A DNA stretch of 64,000 nt. Origin: the human T2T-CHM13v2.0 reference genome, Homo sapiens. The position numbers were made by a program, and so were the translations under genes. Location: assembly GCF_009914755.1 (NCBI RefSeq), contig NC_060933.1, one strand, 5' to 3'. The notes under the pieces are model-generated. The model saw only the letters and a list, made by a program, of their open reading frames with translations, was not told the origin of the DNA and made no database searches. This document shows positions 1 to 15,537 of the stretch, one piece after another. The first letter of the stretch is position 1, and each line of letters opens with the position of its first letter.

Positions 1-31
1 TTACAGGAGTGAGCCACCCACCGTGCCTGGC
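1..31 (-). mobile_element. Alu, 5' end only (continues off left edge)
   Basis: ttacagg..gagccacc..gtgcctggc is the reverse complement of the Alu 5' end. Confidence 0.85.
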
Positions 32-35
32 TTAG

Positions 36-677
<642 letters not shown>

Positions 678-679
678 AT

Positions 680-790
680 GTTTAGAGATGGGATCTCATT
701 ATGTTGCTAGGCAGGACTTGAACTCCTGGGATCAAGAGGTCCTCCCACCTCAGCCTTCTGAGTAGCTGGGACTAAAGGCATGTGCCATGG
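680..790 (-). mobile_element. Alu monomer (FLAM/AluJ-like)
   Basis: Diverged single-arm Alu sequence. Confidence 0.7.
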
Positions 791-1062
791 GGTAAGATAC
801 TTAACTACTTCATTTCTTGGAGCTTAAGTTTCCCCAGTAACATGGTGATGAGCCTGACTTATGGTGTCTTCATTATAATAAAAAAAATTACAGCTGTAAA
901 AATACTCACATTGTACTAGTCACCCTAGCAACTTCCACAGGTACATGGGTATAATTAGCAAATTGTTTCTTTCTATTCTCAGGCCGTTTTCGAAGTGTAA
1001 ATTTTCTTTTCTGCAATTTTCCCCTCCAGATCCTACTGCTAAATTACTTCTGGATTTACTAA

Positions 1063-1411
<349 letters not shown>

Positions 1412-2587
1412 CAATCTGGTAGACTTTCGAAATCCTTCTTTCCTTGTTGTATCATACAGCTCGTGACCTTGGTTCCACAATGGCCCATGCTCTACTTTCC
1501 TGTTTTCCTCCATGCTTCTCTGCTGCCCACAGCAGCAAGAAAACCAAACCCCTCCCTGAATCAGGGTACCTGCTCCATATCTTCTGGACCAGTTCTCCAA
1601 ACTGGCTGGGCATTGGGAACAGTGGGGAAGTTGTTGAAACACTCAGATACGTGCAGATTCTGATTCACTAGGTTACCACCAAATATGCGTGGTGACATGG
1701 CACACTTTAGCTGGACGAACTCACCTCCAACTGGAAGATGTAAGGAACAACTCATTTTTCCTTTATCTCACTTTGCGTGTCTTCTGAGGACCCCATTTTC
1801 TTCTATGTACTCTAAGTCACTGGACATAATCTTAGTCTTCTTGCTCTTCTGATGACTAACTCTTGGCTTTCCCTAGAGCCTCCAGCATGCCAAATCACAC
1901 TGGTTCTCAAAAAACTTTCTTCAGCTCTCATGTTCCTCCCTCTTCCATCTCTTTTCTCTGAACTTGAAGCAGCTATTCCTTCTCCTCTCCCCTGCATGCC
2001 CTCCAGACCTCTCTTCCAACCAGGTGCACTGGAAGGCCCCTCTGGGTTCCTGTCTCTGCACTATCCTCAGTGTGGTCACATCCTCTCCCTGCCTTGACAT
2101 TCCTGCTGGCCTTGGTTGCTACAGTAATATCATCTCCTGGTTTGCCTCCAACCGCATAAAAAATGTAGTGAGAGCTGGTTGCCTGCCTGGGCTCCAGCCC
2201 TGGCCTGACCTTTCCCCCTCTTGGCAGGACTGGCCCCCAGGGCTTTGCTCTTGCCATCCCCACTGCTGCCAGCTGGGCCTGCCAGGGTTACCATAGAATT
2301 GGGCTGGTAAGTTCCCGGACCTGAGAAGGCTGTGGATGCCTTCTGGCCTCCGATCCCACTTTGGAGCCAGCTCAGCTGCAAGGGTGATTCTGTGTAACTG
2401 ATGTGCATCTCCTCACAGCCTGGTGTGGGGGCCCGGGGGGCTGGGGAGTTGGGGGGCCAGGGGAAAGGCTTCTAGCTATAACTCGCCAGAGCTGTGAGTG
2501 CTAGGAGTTGCATAAGAACAAGGCAGTCAGGGAGGAAAGCTGGCATGAGGGTTAATTAAGCTTTCCTTATGACTGGAGTGTATCTCT

Positions 2588-2884
2588 TTTTTTAAATTTC
2601 TTTTTTTGTTTGTTTGTTTGAGACAGAGTCTCGCTCTGTCGCCCAGGCTGGAGTGCGGTGGCGTGATCTCTGCCTCCCGGGTTCACGCCATTTTCCCGCC
2701 TCAGCCTCCCGAGTAGCTGGGACTACAGGCGCCCGCCACCACGCCCGGCTAATTTTTTGTATTTTTAGTAGAGACGGGGTTTCACCATGTTAGCCAGGAT
2801 GGTCTGGATCTCCTGACCTCGTGATCTGCCTGCCTCGGCCTCCCAAAGTGCTGGGATTACAGACTTGAGCCACTGTGCCCGGCC
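2588..2884 (-). mobile_element. AluY-like SINE with 16-nt internal deletion
   Basis: 20-bp TSD tatgactggagtgtatctct at 2568-2587 and 2885-2904. Confidence 0.95.
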
Positions 2885-3021
2885 TATGACTGGAGTGTAT
2901 CTCTATGAACGTGATTCCACACTTCCAGCTCTTTCTTCTCGCCAAACTAAAACAGGCAATTTACTGCCCACTGGAGGCTACCAACACTCCCCCACAAGCC
3001 TTGCTTTAAAACAAAACTTAT

Positions 3022-3323
<302 letters not shown>

Positions 3324-3540
3324 TCATCTCCTCTCCAAAACCTATCTCCAACTCCACACATCCTTATACTTGGAATTCTTTCTCCTTATTATTTAGGCTT
3401 GAAAGTATGGATTGTATTGGTTTTCTGGTCTCTTCTCCCGATACCAGCATTTGACCATTTTAATGCCCCCATTTGAAATGCCTCCTCCCTTCCTTTGTGT
3501 TGATTTTATGGGTGGTAAGCCATAAGAAATCAGCAATATT

Positions 3541-3835
<295 letters not shown>

Positions 3836-3868
3836 GAAATAAGTAATATTATAATAGAATATCATATA

Positions 3869-4240
3869 CGATATGGTTTGGCTGTGTCTCCTCCCAAACC
3901 TCATCTTGAATTGTAGCTCCCATAATTCCCATGTGTCGTGGAAGAGAAAAGGGACCTGGTGGGAGGGAACTGAATCATGGGGGCGGGTCTTTCCCATGCT
4001 GTTCTCGTGATAGTGAATAAGTCTCATGAGATCTGATGGTTTTATAAAGGGCAGTTCCTCTGCACATGCTCTTTCTTGCCTGCCACCATGTAAGACTTCC
4101 TTTTGTTCTTCCTTCATCTTCTGCCCTGATTGTGAGGCCTCCCCAGCCATTTGGAACTGTGAGTCCATTAATCCTCTTTCCTTTATAAATTACCTAGACT
4201 TGGGTATGTCTTTATTAGCAGTGTGAAATGGACGAATATA
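3869..4240 (+). mobile_element. THE1-family MaLR solo LTR
   Basis: gatatggtttggctgtgtc..ctcatcttgaattgtagctcccataattccc..gaggcctccccagcc..gtatgtctttattagcag matches THE1 consensus. Confidence 0.9.
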
Positions 4241-4830
4241 TAAAAAAAATCCTTATACAATGATATCTGAAAATACCCTTTCCTCATGTGAATGCCTTAC
4301 TCAAAACCTTCAATGAATTCTCATTGCTTACAAAACTTAAATCCACCTCTTGATTTTGCATTAAAAACTACTCACAATCCAGTCCTTGGTCACATCTCTA
4401 GTAGCCCCTCACTTTTCCTTGGGAGGAATTTGTTGCTTCCACCAATCAAGTCTCTTATTGCTCATTATTCGACAAACTTTGATTGAGTCCTTTGGGTGGT
4501 GCATTCCGAGGGCATCATTCACAAACACGCTGTCCACATTTCTGTTTGTGACTTTGTTTTTACCCCACTGCCCGTCCTGCTTTCCCCACTTGCATCTCAG
4601 GTTTAGATCAAACTTAATTTCTTTTAGTCTGGAGCCTTTTCAGGAAGCTCCAGGTCTCTGGCTTTCCTCGTTCTCTTTGATCCTTACGTTCCCAAATATC
4701 TACATTACTTCTGGTACCTACCTTCTATTCCCTTTATTTTGCCTTTTTGTTTAAGCCCACGTTATATTAATATCTTCTTTACTCATATGTCTCTGATAAT
4801 AGTTCTCCATTGTATTGTTATTTCAGGTCA

Positions 4831-5011
4831 ACAGTTCTCAGTTTTTGGTCCCTGAGGAGCAGCATCATCATCACCTAGGAACTTGTTAGAAAGGTAAATA
4901 TTCAGACCCCATCCCGGACTTACTGAATCAAAATTCTGGGGGTGGGGCTCAGCTTTGTGTCTTCACAAGCCCTCTGGGGAATTTCAGATGCTCCTTGAAA
5001 TTTGAGAACTA
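4831..5011. mobile_element. MER5A-like hAT-Charlie MITE
   Basis: agcagcatc..catcacct.ggaacttgttagaaa..actgaatca..ctgggggtggggc; TIR-like ends cagttctca / tgagaactac. Confidence 0.8.
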
Positions 5012-5236
5012 CAACTCCACCTCTTGGACTTGAGGATGAGGAAGGCTTGGTCAGCTTGTTTATTCCCTAAGGATACTACAAGGTATTTGAGACCTTTTCC
5101 TTTCTGATGGTGTATTTGAAAGCCTTTGGAAAACTCTAAGCCTTCATTGCATACATACATGTGCAATGGTTTATTTTTACCCCATATCTTCTCAAAAAGT
5201 ATAATATTTTAGCCAACTTAAAAAGATGATAAAGTA

Positions 5237-5643
5237 GGCCGGGCATGGTGGCTTATGCCTGTAATCCTAGCACTTTGGGAAACTAAGGTGGGTGGATCAC
5301 TTGAGCCCAGGAGTTCAAGACCAGTGGGCTTGTCAAGATGACAAGGACTTTTGTTGTGGGGATGGGGTGCTTTTATTTGGTGCTTGATAATTGTATTAGT
5401 CCATTTCTATACTGCTGTGAAGAATGTTTCACCATGTTTGGTGAAACCCGGTGTCTACAAAAAATTAGCTGGGTGTGGTGGCTCGTGCCTGTAATCCCAG
5501 CTACTCGGGAGACTAAGGCAGGAGAGCTTGAGTCTGGGAGGTAGAGGTTGCAGTGAGCTGAGATTGCACCACTGCACTCCACAGCACTGCACTCCAGTCT
5601 GGAAGACATAGCAAGACTGTGTCTCAAAAAAAAAAAAAAAAAA
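5237..5643 (+). mobile_element. AluJ-like SINE interrupted by a templated insertion
   Basis: cacttgagcccaggagttc left arm; ~100-bp non-Alu insert at 5325-5424; right arm and poly-A follow. Confidence 0.88.
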
Positions 5644-6469
5644 GAATGAGAAAATGGAAAATCAGAACAAAGGAAAGGAAGGGGAGGCAAATAGTAACCA
5701 CAATGGTTACTATTGTTCTCGTAGTATCTCTAAGCTTCCTGGCAGCAAGGAAAATAAGGAAATTAATGTGTTACTTGTGCCGGTTCCTTTCTACCAGAGG
5801 AGGTGAAAATTCTATTTGTGAATTCCAAAAGAAATTTCCCATATGGCAACTACTAGAGGAGCCACTTAGAGAGCTAAAAGATAAAATCCTCAGCAAAGGT
5901 TTTATCACACAGGCACCAGTGGTTCTCCCATGCCTGCTTTGTTCACTATCACCATTACAGAAATTGTGCCAATGCTTAGCATGTAAGAGGCGCTTATTAC
6001 TAAATCTGTGACAAGAACTCACTCCGTCATTTCTTATAAGTTGGTGGCTGGAAGGGAGGAGTTTATTTTCCCCCAGCAACCCAGCCACCAAGAAATAATA
6101 TAGAGTGCTTATTGTCTTGGACTGTGATCTGTTCTGGCTGGACCCTGTTGGAGACGGGAGAGGTGTGAGATGAGTGGGCCATTATCTGCAGGAAAGAGTA
6201 AACATCTAAAGGAGGGCAGCCCTATGAGAGGGCCCAGGTCCTGTCTGACTGGCCCCAAGGTCACTGAACCTGAACAAGGTGAGTCTGGACGTGACCACAA
6301 GGTTCTACATCAAGTAGAAGCCAAACGCTGTGAGGCTGGAACTGGAAGACAAAGCATCTATGAGATTAGACAAGGTTCTCCTTAGTGCTGTTTACCATGG
6401 AGAACAGCTTACAAGATGACAAGAGCTTCTGTTGTGGGGATGGAGTGCTTTTATTTGGCGCTTGATAAT

Positions 6470-6825
6470 TGTATTAGTCCATTTCCATACTACTACGAAG
6501 AAAGATCTGAGACTGGGTAATTTATAAAGAAAAAAGTTTAATGGACTCACAGTTTCACATGGCTGGGGAGGCCTCACAATCGTGGCAGAAGGTGAAGGAG
6601 GAGCAAAGGTACGTCTTACATGGCAGCAGGGAAGGGAGTGGGTGCAGGGAACTGCCCTTTATAAAACCATCAGATCTCATGAGACTTACTCTCACGAGAA
6701 CAGCGGGGAAAAACCCACCCCCATGATTCAATTGCCTCCCACTGGGTCCCTCCCACAACACATGGGAATTATGGGAGGTACAATTCAAGATGAGAGTTGG
6801 GTAAGGACACAGGCAAACCATATCA
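6470..6825 (-). mobile_element. THE1-family MaLR solo LTR
   Basis: tgtattagtcc...aaaccatatca termini; 5-bp TSD ataat at 6465-6469 and 6826-6830. Confidence 0.93.
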
Positions 6826-6888
6826 ATAATAAAGGACATTATAAGGCTTTTTCTGAAATTTGGAATTTAAAACAACATCATTATATAA

Positions 6889-7201
<313 letters not shown>

Positions 7202-7613
7202 AGATCAGGGATGATTTTAGATAAGACTGATATGCAGGTGAATTTATCTTCAGTAAGTCCCTATGCATTTTGGGCATAGCCCTCTGTATCCACAGGCTGG
7301 ATCCTTTTCTCTCTCTTGAATTAGACAACATTATGACACACGGACACCAGTTGGGGGAAGAGTGGAGTTTAATTCCCAAGCACCAAGGAATGCTTGGCTA
7401 TAGAGTGCTCTTACCCATCTTTCATCAATAACCTTGCACAAGCAATTTTCCTGAAGACAGCACTATAACGAGTCTCCAAATATTTGATAGAATAAAATGG
7501 TGATGAGGAAGAAAGATCATAAAACTAGAGTCAGGATTCCAGATTCTGTAATTTACTAGCGCGTGCCCTCCTCAGAGAAGATGCATGAAAACATTTTAGG
7601 AATTGAAAGTACT

Positions 7614-7941
<328 letters not shown>

Positions 7942-8014
7942 TTATTTCTTATACACGGCCAGGGAACTTGATCTTTATTTTTGTATTTCAAATACAAATC
8001 ACACTAAATCAAGA

Positions 8015-8319
<305 letters not shown>

Positions 8320-8509
8320 CCCTTAACCCCAACCCACATGCTGTTAGTTACTGAATGTCTATCACCTGCTAGGTGGTGTGCTAAGTTAACAACCATTTCA
8401 CAAATGAGGACATTCTAGTACCAACATGTTAAATTCTTTATCCAGGCTCTCACAGAAGGACTAGATCGTTTTAGACAGGGCTTCCACTAGAAGAGAAGGA
8501 CAGAAAGAA

Positions 8510-8750
8510 ATAATATTAACAACAACAATAATTACAGCTGACTCAACGCCTTGCACTTTGTCAAACATTTTATGGCATTGTCTTGTTTGATCACCCATTA
8601 ACCACCCTGTGAGATGGGTATTAGTCACCCAGTTTCACAGTTTAGGACACTGAGGTTCATGGTCTTTGAGGGAGGTCCCTAAGGTAATTCAGCAGGGATT
8701 AAAATCAATCCTTCCTGGAGACTTTGATTTTCACTATGTTCTACTGCCTC
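8510..8750 (-). mobile_element. MIR remnant
   Basis: accctgtgagatgggtatt..tttcacag..actgaggttca resembles the MIR core. Confidence 0.55.
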
Positions 8751-9106
8751 CCAGAGTAGAGCAGGAATAAAAACCACCATATTTCTCATTTCCCGATCAG
8801 TTAATTTATTGACATCAAATTTCTGAAAAAGTTCCTCCCCTAAAATGTAAGTAAGTTTAAAAATTTCCCAGAATGTAAGTACTGAAAAGAAAGCAATCTA
8901 TATGGCTGTTCCCCTAGAGGTTTCTAAGGTGATTTAGGTTTATATTGCATTTTAATGGAATACAAAAGTTTCCATGAAAAGAAAATCACTACCTGAATTA
9001 TTCCCTTCAAGCTAGTATTATATCCTCTAATACAAAAACAATGTAAAGTCATCATTCCTTTTTCTAATCCTTCTCTTACATTCTTTAGGATACTCTAGTC
9101 ATCTTC

Positions 9107-9172
9107 ATATAAAATGATCAAGGTGAAGAAATATAAAATGATCAAGGTGAAGAAAATAACCAAGGTGAGGAA
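9107..9172 (+). repeat. 24-bp tandem duplication plus degenerate third unit
   Basis: atataaaatgatcaaggtgaagaa twice (9107-9130, 9131-9154). Confidence 0.9.
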
Positions 9173-9289
9173 AGAGAACCCTTTTGCTTTCTGGAATGTG
9201 GTTTGCCTTATTCTTTGAAAAGAATGTATAGAGGATTAAGTATACTTCCCCCTCTTAAACTGTGCTTGTTACTTCCTACCTCCCATCAA

Positions 9290-9455
9290 GTACGTAATTT
9301 GCAGATCCCAGTACAAAATGAAAACTAGGTCACCCTTGTTCAAAAATTATTAAGAATTCCAAGATAGCAACAGCAGGGCATAAATGGATGCACAGGACCC
9401 TTCTAACAGGGTCTGGCTTCCTAAGCCACTGCGCAGATCTCAAGCTCCTGAAACC
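9290..9455. mobile_element. MER91A-like hAT MITE
   Basis: cccagtacaaaatgaaaa..cccttgttcaaaaattattaagaatt.caaga matches recalled MER91A. Confidence 0.65.
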
Positions 9456-9604
9456 AGTCCTGCCTCCCATTACCATGGTAGCTCCACAGATGCAACAGTA
9501 ACAAACTTAGCTCGCTTTAGCCAAGGAATAAATATCTTTGATGAGCTACCAGTGGGGCCTCTTGGTGTTGTCCAGCTAAGGAGTGTGTGAAGATACTGCT
9601 ATGA

Positions 9605-9890
9605 GGCTGGGCATGGTGGCTCACGCCTATAATCTCAGCACTTTGGGAGGCCAAGGTGGGTGGATCACGAGGTCAAGAGATCGAGACCATGGTGAAACCC
9701 CGTCTCTACTAAAAATACAAAAAAAATTAGCCTGGCATGGTGGTGGGTGCCTGTAGTCCCAGCTACTCGGGAGGCTGAGGCAGAAGAGCATGAACCCAGG
9801 AGGCGGAGCTTGCAGTGAGCCGAGATTGCACCACCACACTCCAGCCTGGGCAACAGAGTGAGACTCCGTCTCAAAAAAAAAAAAAGAAAA
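9605..9890 (+). mobile_element. AluY/Sc-like SINE with 12-nt deletion
   Basis: TSD aagatactgctatga at 9590-9604 and 9890-9904. Confidence 0.94.
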
Positions 9891-10061
9891 AGATACTGCT
9901 ATGAGTCACTGAAGACATCCTGTCTCTTACTTAGGAGCTTACATCAGTATATAATTGCCACAAGTTATTTCCTTGTAAAAAGTCATTGAAATATTTTAAG
10001 TCAAGAATCATATAGAGTATTTTCAAATTCAAATACAATGTTAGAATAGTGGTATTGACTT

Positions 10062-11535
10062 TGTGTCCAGAATTAGCGGGTTCTTGGTCTCACTGACTTC
10101 AAGAATAAAGCTGTGGACCCTCACGGTGAGTGTTACAGTTCTTAAACATGGTGTGTCCCGAGTTTGTTCCTTCAGATGTTCATAGATGTCCAGAGCTTCT
10201 TCCTTCTGGTGGGTTTGTGGTCTCACTGACTTCCGGGGTGAAGCGGCAGACATTCACGGTCAGTTTTACAGCTCTTAAAGGCAGCGCGTTTGGAGTTGTT
10301 CGTCCCTCCCAGTGAGTTCGTGGTCTTGCTGGCTTCAGGAGTGAAGCTGTAGACATTCGCAGTGAGTGTTATAGCTCATAAAGGCAGCACAGACTGAAAG
10401 ACTGAGCATCAACAAGATTTATTGTGAAGAGTGAAAGAACAAAGCTTTTCCAGCATGGAAAGGCACCAGAACAGATTGCCACTGCTAGCTCCGGAAGCCT
10501 GCTTTTATTCCCTTATCTGACCCTACCCACATCCTGCTGATTGGTCCATCTTACAGAGAGTTGCTTGGCCCATTTTACAGAGAGCTGATTGGCCCATTTT
10601 ACAGAGAGCTGATTGGTCCATTTTGACAGTGTGCTGACTGGTGCATTTATGAACCTTGAGCTAGACACAGAGTGCTGATTGGTGCATTTACACTCCTTTA
10701 GCTTGACACAAAAGTTCTCCAAGTCCCCACTAGATTAGCTAGACACAGAGCACTGATTGGTGCATTTACAAACCTTGAGGAAGACACAGGGTACTGATTG
10801 ATGCGTTTACAAACCTTGAGCTAGGCACAAAGTGCTGATTGGTGCATTTACAAACCTTTAGCTAGACTTAAAAGTTCTCCAAGTCTGCACCCGACTCAGA
10901 AGCCTAGCAGGCTTCGCCTAGTGGATCCCGCACCGGGCTGTGGGCAGAGCTGCCCGCCAGTCCTGTGCTGCGCGTCTGCCCTCCCCAGCCCTTGGGTGGT
11001 CGATGGGACCCAGGCGTGCTGAGTAGTGGGCGGCAGGGAGACTCCAGCCGCATGAGATCCCACAGTGGGGGTGCGGGGGGGTAGTGGGTGTTTGGGCATG
11101 GCAGGCTGCATGTCCCGAGCCCTGCCCTGTTGGGGAGGCGGCTGAGGCCCGGTGAGAATTCAAGCGTGGTGTGGGCGGGTCCCCAGTGCTGGGGGATCCA
11201 GCATACCCTCTGCAGCTGCTGGCCCAGGTGCTAAGCCCCTCACTGCCCAGAGCCAGCAGCGCCGGGCACAGGGCCTGTGGAGCCCGCACCCACCCAGAGC
11301 TCACGCTGGCCCGCGAGTACAGCGCGCAGCCCCGGTTCCCGCCTGTGCCTCTCCCTCCACACCTCCCCACAAACGGAGCCATCTCTGGCCTCAGCCAGCC
11401 CAGAGAGGGGCTCCCACAGTGCAGCAGCGGGCTGTAGGGCTCCTCAAGTGTGGCCACACGCCGAGGCTGAGGAGGCGCCAAGGCTGAGGAGGTGCTGAGA
11501 GCGAGCGAGGGCTGCTAGCACGTTGTCACCTCTCA
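10062..11535 (-). mobile_element. ERV9 solo LTR (LTR12 family, LTR12D/E-like)
   Basis: Minus strand begins tgagaggtgacaacgtgctagcagccctc and ends ..ggacaca; 4-bp TSD actt at 10058-10061 and 11536-11539; tandem CCAAT U3 repeats. Confidence 0.95.
10501..10850 (-). promoter_or_regulatory. LTR12 U3 promoter: NF-Y CCAAT repeat array plus AATAAA TATA-like box
   Basis: Six intact ctgattgg units (~10540, 10587, 10610, 10677, 10753, 10835); gaataaaagc on minus strand at 10501-10510; activity not shown. Confidence 0.65.
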
Positions 11536-11554
11536 ACTTCTGATTTTTTTATTA

Positions 11555-11587
<33 letters not shown>

Positions 11588-11590
11588 GTG
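11555..11590. repeat. (TG)n(TA)n microsatellite
   Basis: Direct reading. Confidence 0.9.
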
Positions 11591-12157
11591 GGGTTTTTTG
11601 CCAAAGAGGGGGTATATTTAGCATATGATCTTGGTGGCTATCATTGCTTAGTGGGCTAAGAAAAGAAACTGTCACAGAAGAAGACCAAAGGACCTGGGCA
11701 GCACAGGGAGCAGAGTGCCTGTCCTGGGGGTGGTCCTTGCTTTTGTGCACACTCCATTCACCCACACACCAGAGAAGCAAGAGGAAGATGGGAGAGGTGC
11801 AAACACAGGGTATTACATGTCTTATTTGTAGAATTCTAGATGTACAGATATATAAAGATTAAAAACTACAATTGTCTAAAAGAGGCTTTTCTGGAAAAAT
11901 TGTTTCAATAGTTAGAATAATTATATTTTAGAGAAAAACTTAAAAGATCCCCTTGCTTGCTAATATTTTAACTACTAACAAGTAAAGAACATAAAAAAAT
12001 ATAAATCCTTCAAAGTCCTTTTTTTCTCTTTCAGCATCTCTGTAGATTTTCACTCAGGGCCCTGAATATAAGCAAAGGAAAATTTACACAGAAAAAAAAA
12101 AAAACAAAAAAACAGTAAAAAACAACACTTAAGTCATAGTTTAAAAATGCGAAAAGA

Positions 12158-12297
12158 AGCCAGGCATGTGGTGGAATGCCTGTAGTCCTAGCTACTTGAA
12201 AGGCTGAAGTGGGAGGGTCACTGGAGCCCGGGAGTTTGCAAGCAGCCTGGACAACACAGTGAGACCCTGTCTCTGAAAAAAAAAAAAAAAAAAAAAA
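12158..12297 (+). mobile_element. Alu monomer (FLAM/FAM-like)
   Basis: Single arm with poly-A. Confidence 0.8.
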
Positions 12298-12592
12298 GCT
12301 TCTAAATGAAGTGAGCAGTTTTCCTTGAGTAGGTTCTAAGGTGGAAGAAGTGGAGAGAAAACTGCTATATAACTATCATCTAGAAAATGATCCCTTCCTT
12401 TGAAATGAGTTTCAGTTTCAAACTGGGATAGATAATATCAAGTCTGCTTGTTAAATGTCATGTTGGAAAGCAAAAGTGTCCTTTCAAAGTATGGAATACA
12501 CTGAATAAGATAAGCAGTGGATCCAGCAGTATGAGTTTTTAAATTTATTCAAAAAGAAGAAATAGAGGGGTACATTTAGAAGCAAAGTACAG

Positions 12593-12938
<346 letters not shown>

Positions 12939-12984
12939 TCAGGAGAAAAAATTCTCACAGATCAGCCATAAAAAATACAACTTA

Positions 12985-13350
<366 letters not shown>

Positions 13351-13499
13351 TTAAATACAAATTGAATTAGATTTATCAGAAAGACTTTCCTAGAATTACC
13401 ATAAAATTTAGGTAAAAGTTAAATCTGGCCTTAATTTGTCAAAATTATATGCCTTAATAACTTCACTTTCTGCGGTTGATTATAACACTTATCCCATAT

Positions 13500-14575
<1,076 letters not shown>

Positions 14576-15065
14576 TGTGTTTTGGTCAGGGTACCCCCCA
14601 GGAACAGGAACACACTCAGGTTGGGCAACTGAGAAGGTCTTAATAACTAAATCAGTTACACAAAGTTGTGGGCAGGGTATAAAGACACCACGAGTACTAA
14701 TGTAGCCCTTTGGAGCTAATAATAGTGGGATGAGGGAAGGAATGCTGTTGTCAACCCAAGATCTGAAGGAACCATTTTTGGGAACCTGAAAACAGAAGGC
14801 TGCTGTGTGGAAGGGCTGCCTGGCAAGAACTGTGACCTTGCTCAAGGGATGGGGAAGAAGCCATCCTGCTGCAGCCTTGCAGGGAGGTGAAGGAGGAGAG
14901 ATCAGCACTGTGACCTCATTCTGGTCTCTTATTCTGACCTCCTGCTGGGATTGCTCATGGCCAAGCCCAACCGGAAGCTGAAGCAGAGTGAAGAGGTCCG
15001 CAGCATAGTTCATACAGGTTATCCTCCTAGGGCAAGAGAGGATCTGGAGGGGAAAATGCAGTTTA
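14576..15065 (-). mobile_element. ERVL LTR (LTR33-like)
   Basis: ggtcaggg..caggaacagg and ..ggatctggaggggaaaatg resemble recalled LTR33. Confidence 0.5.
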
Positions 15066-15169
15066 TGCAGCTCAATGTTAGGGAAGAACATAGTGAGTTC
15101 GGTTAGAAACAGGTGGACTTTTAGTTTTTAAAGGCTATCTGGGGTCTATATAGAGAGAAAATGTGCCCT

Positions 15170-15405
15170 GGTGGCAGAAAAGCTTATATTTGCCTCTGTG
15201 ATTCACCACTTACTAGATGTGTGAACTTGGACACATTTCTTAAACTGCTCTGTTCTTCAGTTTACTCATCTGTAAAAGAGAGCATAGTAATAGTACCTAC
15301 CTCAAAGAGCTGTTGTGGATTAGCAATGAGATGACACATATGAAGTACTTAGAATAGTGCCTGGCACATAGAAAGCACTTAATAAACATCTGCTGTTAGC
15401 TATTA
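15170..15405 (+). mobile_element. MIR
   Basis: cacttactag.tgtgtga.cttgg..cagttt.ctcatctgtaaaa..atagtacctacctca..cttagaatagtgcctggcacatag. Confidence 0.85.
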
Positions 15406-15537
15406 TCCGTATGGAAATGGTAAACCGACAGGGGAATATACAAATCTGAAGGTCAGGGAAGAAAGGAGATTTGATTCATACAATTGTAAGGGAAGTTGTC
15501 ATTCTGAGCGAGCTCACCCAGGGAGACTGTCTTGAGT

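Noticed and set aside
10530-10890. Regularly spaced repeats that superficially resemble a CRISPR array
   Set aside because: Known LTR12 CCAAT repeats; spacers are themselves repeated; eukaryotic context with no cas genes
10918-11498. Overlapping ORFs and CpG-island-like composition
   Set aside because: GC-rich U3 of LTR12, not a host gene promoter or exon
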